NCBI RefSeq assembly: GCF_006345805.1
Contig: NW_021833009.1
Location: forward strand, 56,017-120,016
Direction of reading: 5' to 3'
Origin: Octopus sinensis
Taxonomy: Eukaryota
Length of the DNA stretch: 64,000 nucleotides
Below the pieces are notes generated by a model. It was not told where the DNA came from. It saw only the letters and a program-made list of their open reading frames with translations, and made no database searches. The translations under genes were made by a program, and so were the position numbers. Within the stretch, counting starts at the first letter, position 1; every line of letters begins with the position of its first letter. Of the stretch, positions 62,035 through 64,000 are shown piece by piece.

Positions 62035-62684
62035 TCTACATTAATTTATTTAAAATTCCAAATAAGGGCCGATAATTATTGGCATAAAAACATTTTTTTC
62101 AACTTTTAACATATAATAGTCGCCATTCATACAAAAATATAAAATCAGCACCGGGCAATATTCCTTAGACAAATTATAAAATTTTATTTTATAGGAAATT
62201 TAAACTAGTTTAATTAGTTGTTGTGGTGTTGTGCATGTCCGTTCCTAATGATATGAGGAAATCGAATCCTAGGGGCCTTTCTGCGAAAAAGGATAAAAAT
62301 AACACAACAAGTGCAGGAGTGTCGTCTCTCTGGGGCTGGATAACAGCACAAGGACTAGTATTCATGACAATCCATTTGCTGGGAATCCTATATCCAACTA
62401 ACTTGCATTCCCTTTCGGCCATATCGATGATGCTATTTGTGTTTCTGAAGCTGAGTGGGTGTCGCAGATTGTTTATGCCACGAAGCAAAGAATTGGGAGG
62501 ATACCAAGAGGTGGATGGAACCTTATCCGTGAGAAGTTAATTCAAAATTCTCGAAGAGGGCAAGTCTCAGTCAACTCAAAGGAATGGTTAAACCAATGAG
62601 AGTGGATAATAATTATGGAAGCAATTGCCATCAGAAGCAATTTGTTGTGGAGCTCAGAAATTTCCACTTTAGAAAGTGTCTAGA

Positions 62685-63740
62685 TTTATTTATTTATTAA
62701 ATCACCAAGACCACGCTAAAAACCGAACAAATGTCACGTGATCCCGATGAACTCAACAAGGGACCTCATCCTCGCTCGGGGTCTTCCACGAGCCCACAAA
62801 GATCGCACAGGGCGGCAGGGCCGGTTTTGGCGGGCGGAGCATCGCTGACGGGCCCAGGTTCAGCTTGATGAGGTCTTCCAGAGAGAGAGGCTGGACCGGG
62901 GGGCGTTGGCTATCAAGTGACAAACGATCGGTAATCTGAGGGCCCTTTTTGGGGCCTCCTCGATTCGCCTCCTGTGGACCACGATAGCCGCGGACCCATG
63001 ATCCGCAAGCGTACGCAACACAGGGTTCGAAGTACTGGCGGTAGATATCGCCAGTACCGGTGCGACCCGTTTTTCCAAATACCGAATAGGTTCGCAGAAT
63101 GTTCAGTTATGTTCGCATTTGCGGGAAGGAGGTTGTCAAATGAGGGGAGAAAACAGAGGTGCATGTCGAGGGTTACCCCTAGGACCGTTGACGCCTGCAG
63201 AAGGGAACGGATATATTGTTCAGCTTTAAGTCGACGACGTCCTTCCCAATCTTTTATCCGAGGGGAAGAGGGACGTGGCGGACTTCGCCGCGTTTACCAC
63301 GAGCCGGTTGTCGTCAGCCATAGGTTCAGCCGATCCAAGTAGCTTGCAGCCTTTCAGAGGCCTTCTGATGTCCCGGTCCCGTGAGGCTAGCACGATGTCG
63401 TCGCGCGTAAGAGAGAACAATGTCATTGTTGTCGAGGGAGTGAGGGAGGGTCTTCAAAAATAGGTGAAGAGAGCCGGGGATAAGGGGATCCTGAGGTACT
63501 CCGTTGGGTAGAAGAACGAGATTTGGACTTCAGACCACCGAGGCACACCCTTCCCCTTCGTCCACTTAGGAAGTTGGTAATCCATATTTTAGCTCGGAGG
63601 AAAGTCGGATAGGAATATCTTCCTAGAGAGGAGCTTCCTCGAGACGGAATCGAAGGCTTTATGGATGTCGACGGAGCAGAGCACTGTCTTTTGGTGCCTC
63701 GGTTGGCTTGCAAAACCGGTACAGATGAAGTTTGACAAGG
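62685..63740 (-). mobile_element. Ingi/Vingi/I-like LINE RT fragment with 3' end and (TAAA)n tail
   Basis: QPRHQKTVLCSVDIHKAFDSV, LSPALF, RDDIVLAS, RLVVNAAKSATSLF; 3' terminus ..gtggtcttggtgatttaataaataaataaa matches 420-460. Confidence 0.8.
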
Positions 63741-64000
63741 ATTGGAGGTAGAAGAGGTTGAATATACAAATTAAGAATCAAACCAACTCCAAAAATTAAA
63801 TAAATATTTGAAAACTGAATATTGACGGATTGTTATCTCTAACATGAGAGACAAAGCACAGAGCACATGGGTAGAAAATATTGAAAAGAAAATTTCAAAA
63901 ATTATCTGCAGAATTGGAAATCGTTAATTCTCATTCCAATCAAACACTAAATCCATTGAAAAGCAAAAGGTAATTCGATCGAGATTAACAAAGGAAAGAG

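Overview
This is eukaryotic nuclear DNA from a compact, fast-evolving animal genome. SMAD, tetraspanin and Myc-type bHLH genes indicate a metazoan, and the very short GT-AG introns (mostly 18-30 nt) fit a reduced parasite such as a myxozoan cnidarian or a dicyemid. That taxon assignment is inference only. GC-richer islands carry tightly packed, co-oriented housekeeping genes: ERK, Arp2, EXOC3/Sec6 and H2A.Z (+); a long coiled-coil gene, tetraspanin and DHODH (-); UMPS, a Myc-like bHLH and an MH2-type SMAD (+); plus an ARF GTPase. AT-rich stretches between them hold decayed Tc1/IS630, hAT, pogo, Ginger-like and LINE elements, and duplicated genes with signal-peptide-like N-termini (two His-Me nucleases, three LRR-like copies, an aspartic protease pseudogene). 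Best leads: (1) an apparently intact UMPS whose OPRT catalytic loop and OMPDC catalytic lysines are gone, in the same window as a class-2 DHODH with a class-1-type catalytic Cys; (2) a short bipartite retroelement built from the 5' and 3' ends of an Ingi/Vingi-like LINE, whose head fits an HDV-like ribozyme skeleton; (3) perfect heat-shock-element arrays inside introns of two neighbouring genes; (4) an IS630/Tc1-type transposon whose inverted arms are 42-bp tandem arrays. All gene models were spliced by eye and no database search was run.
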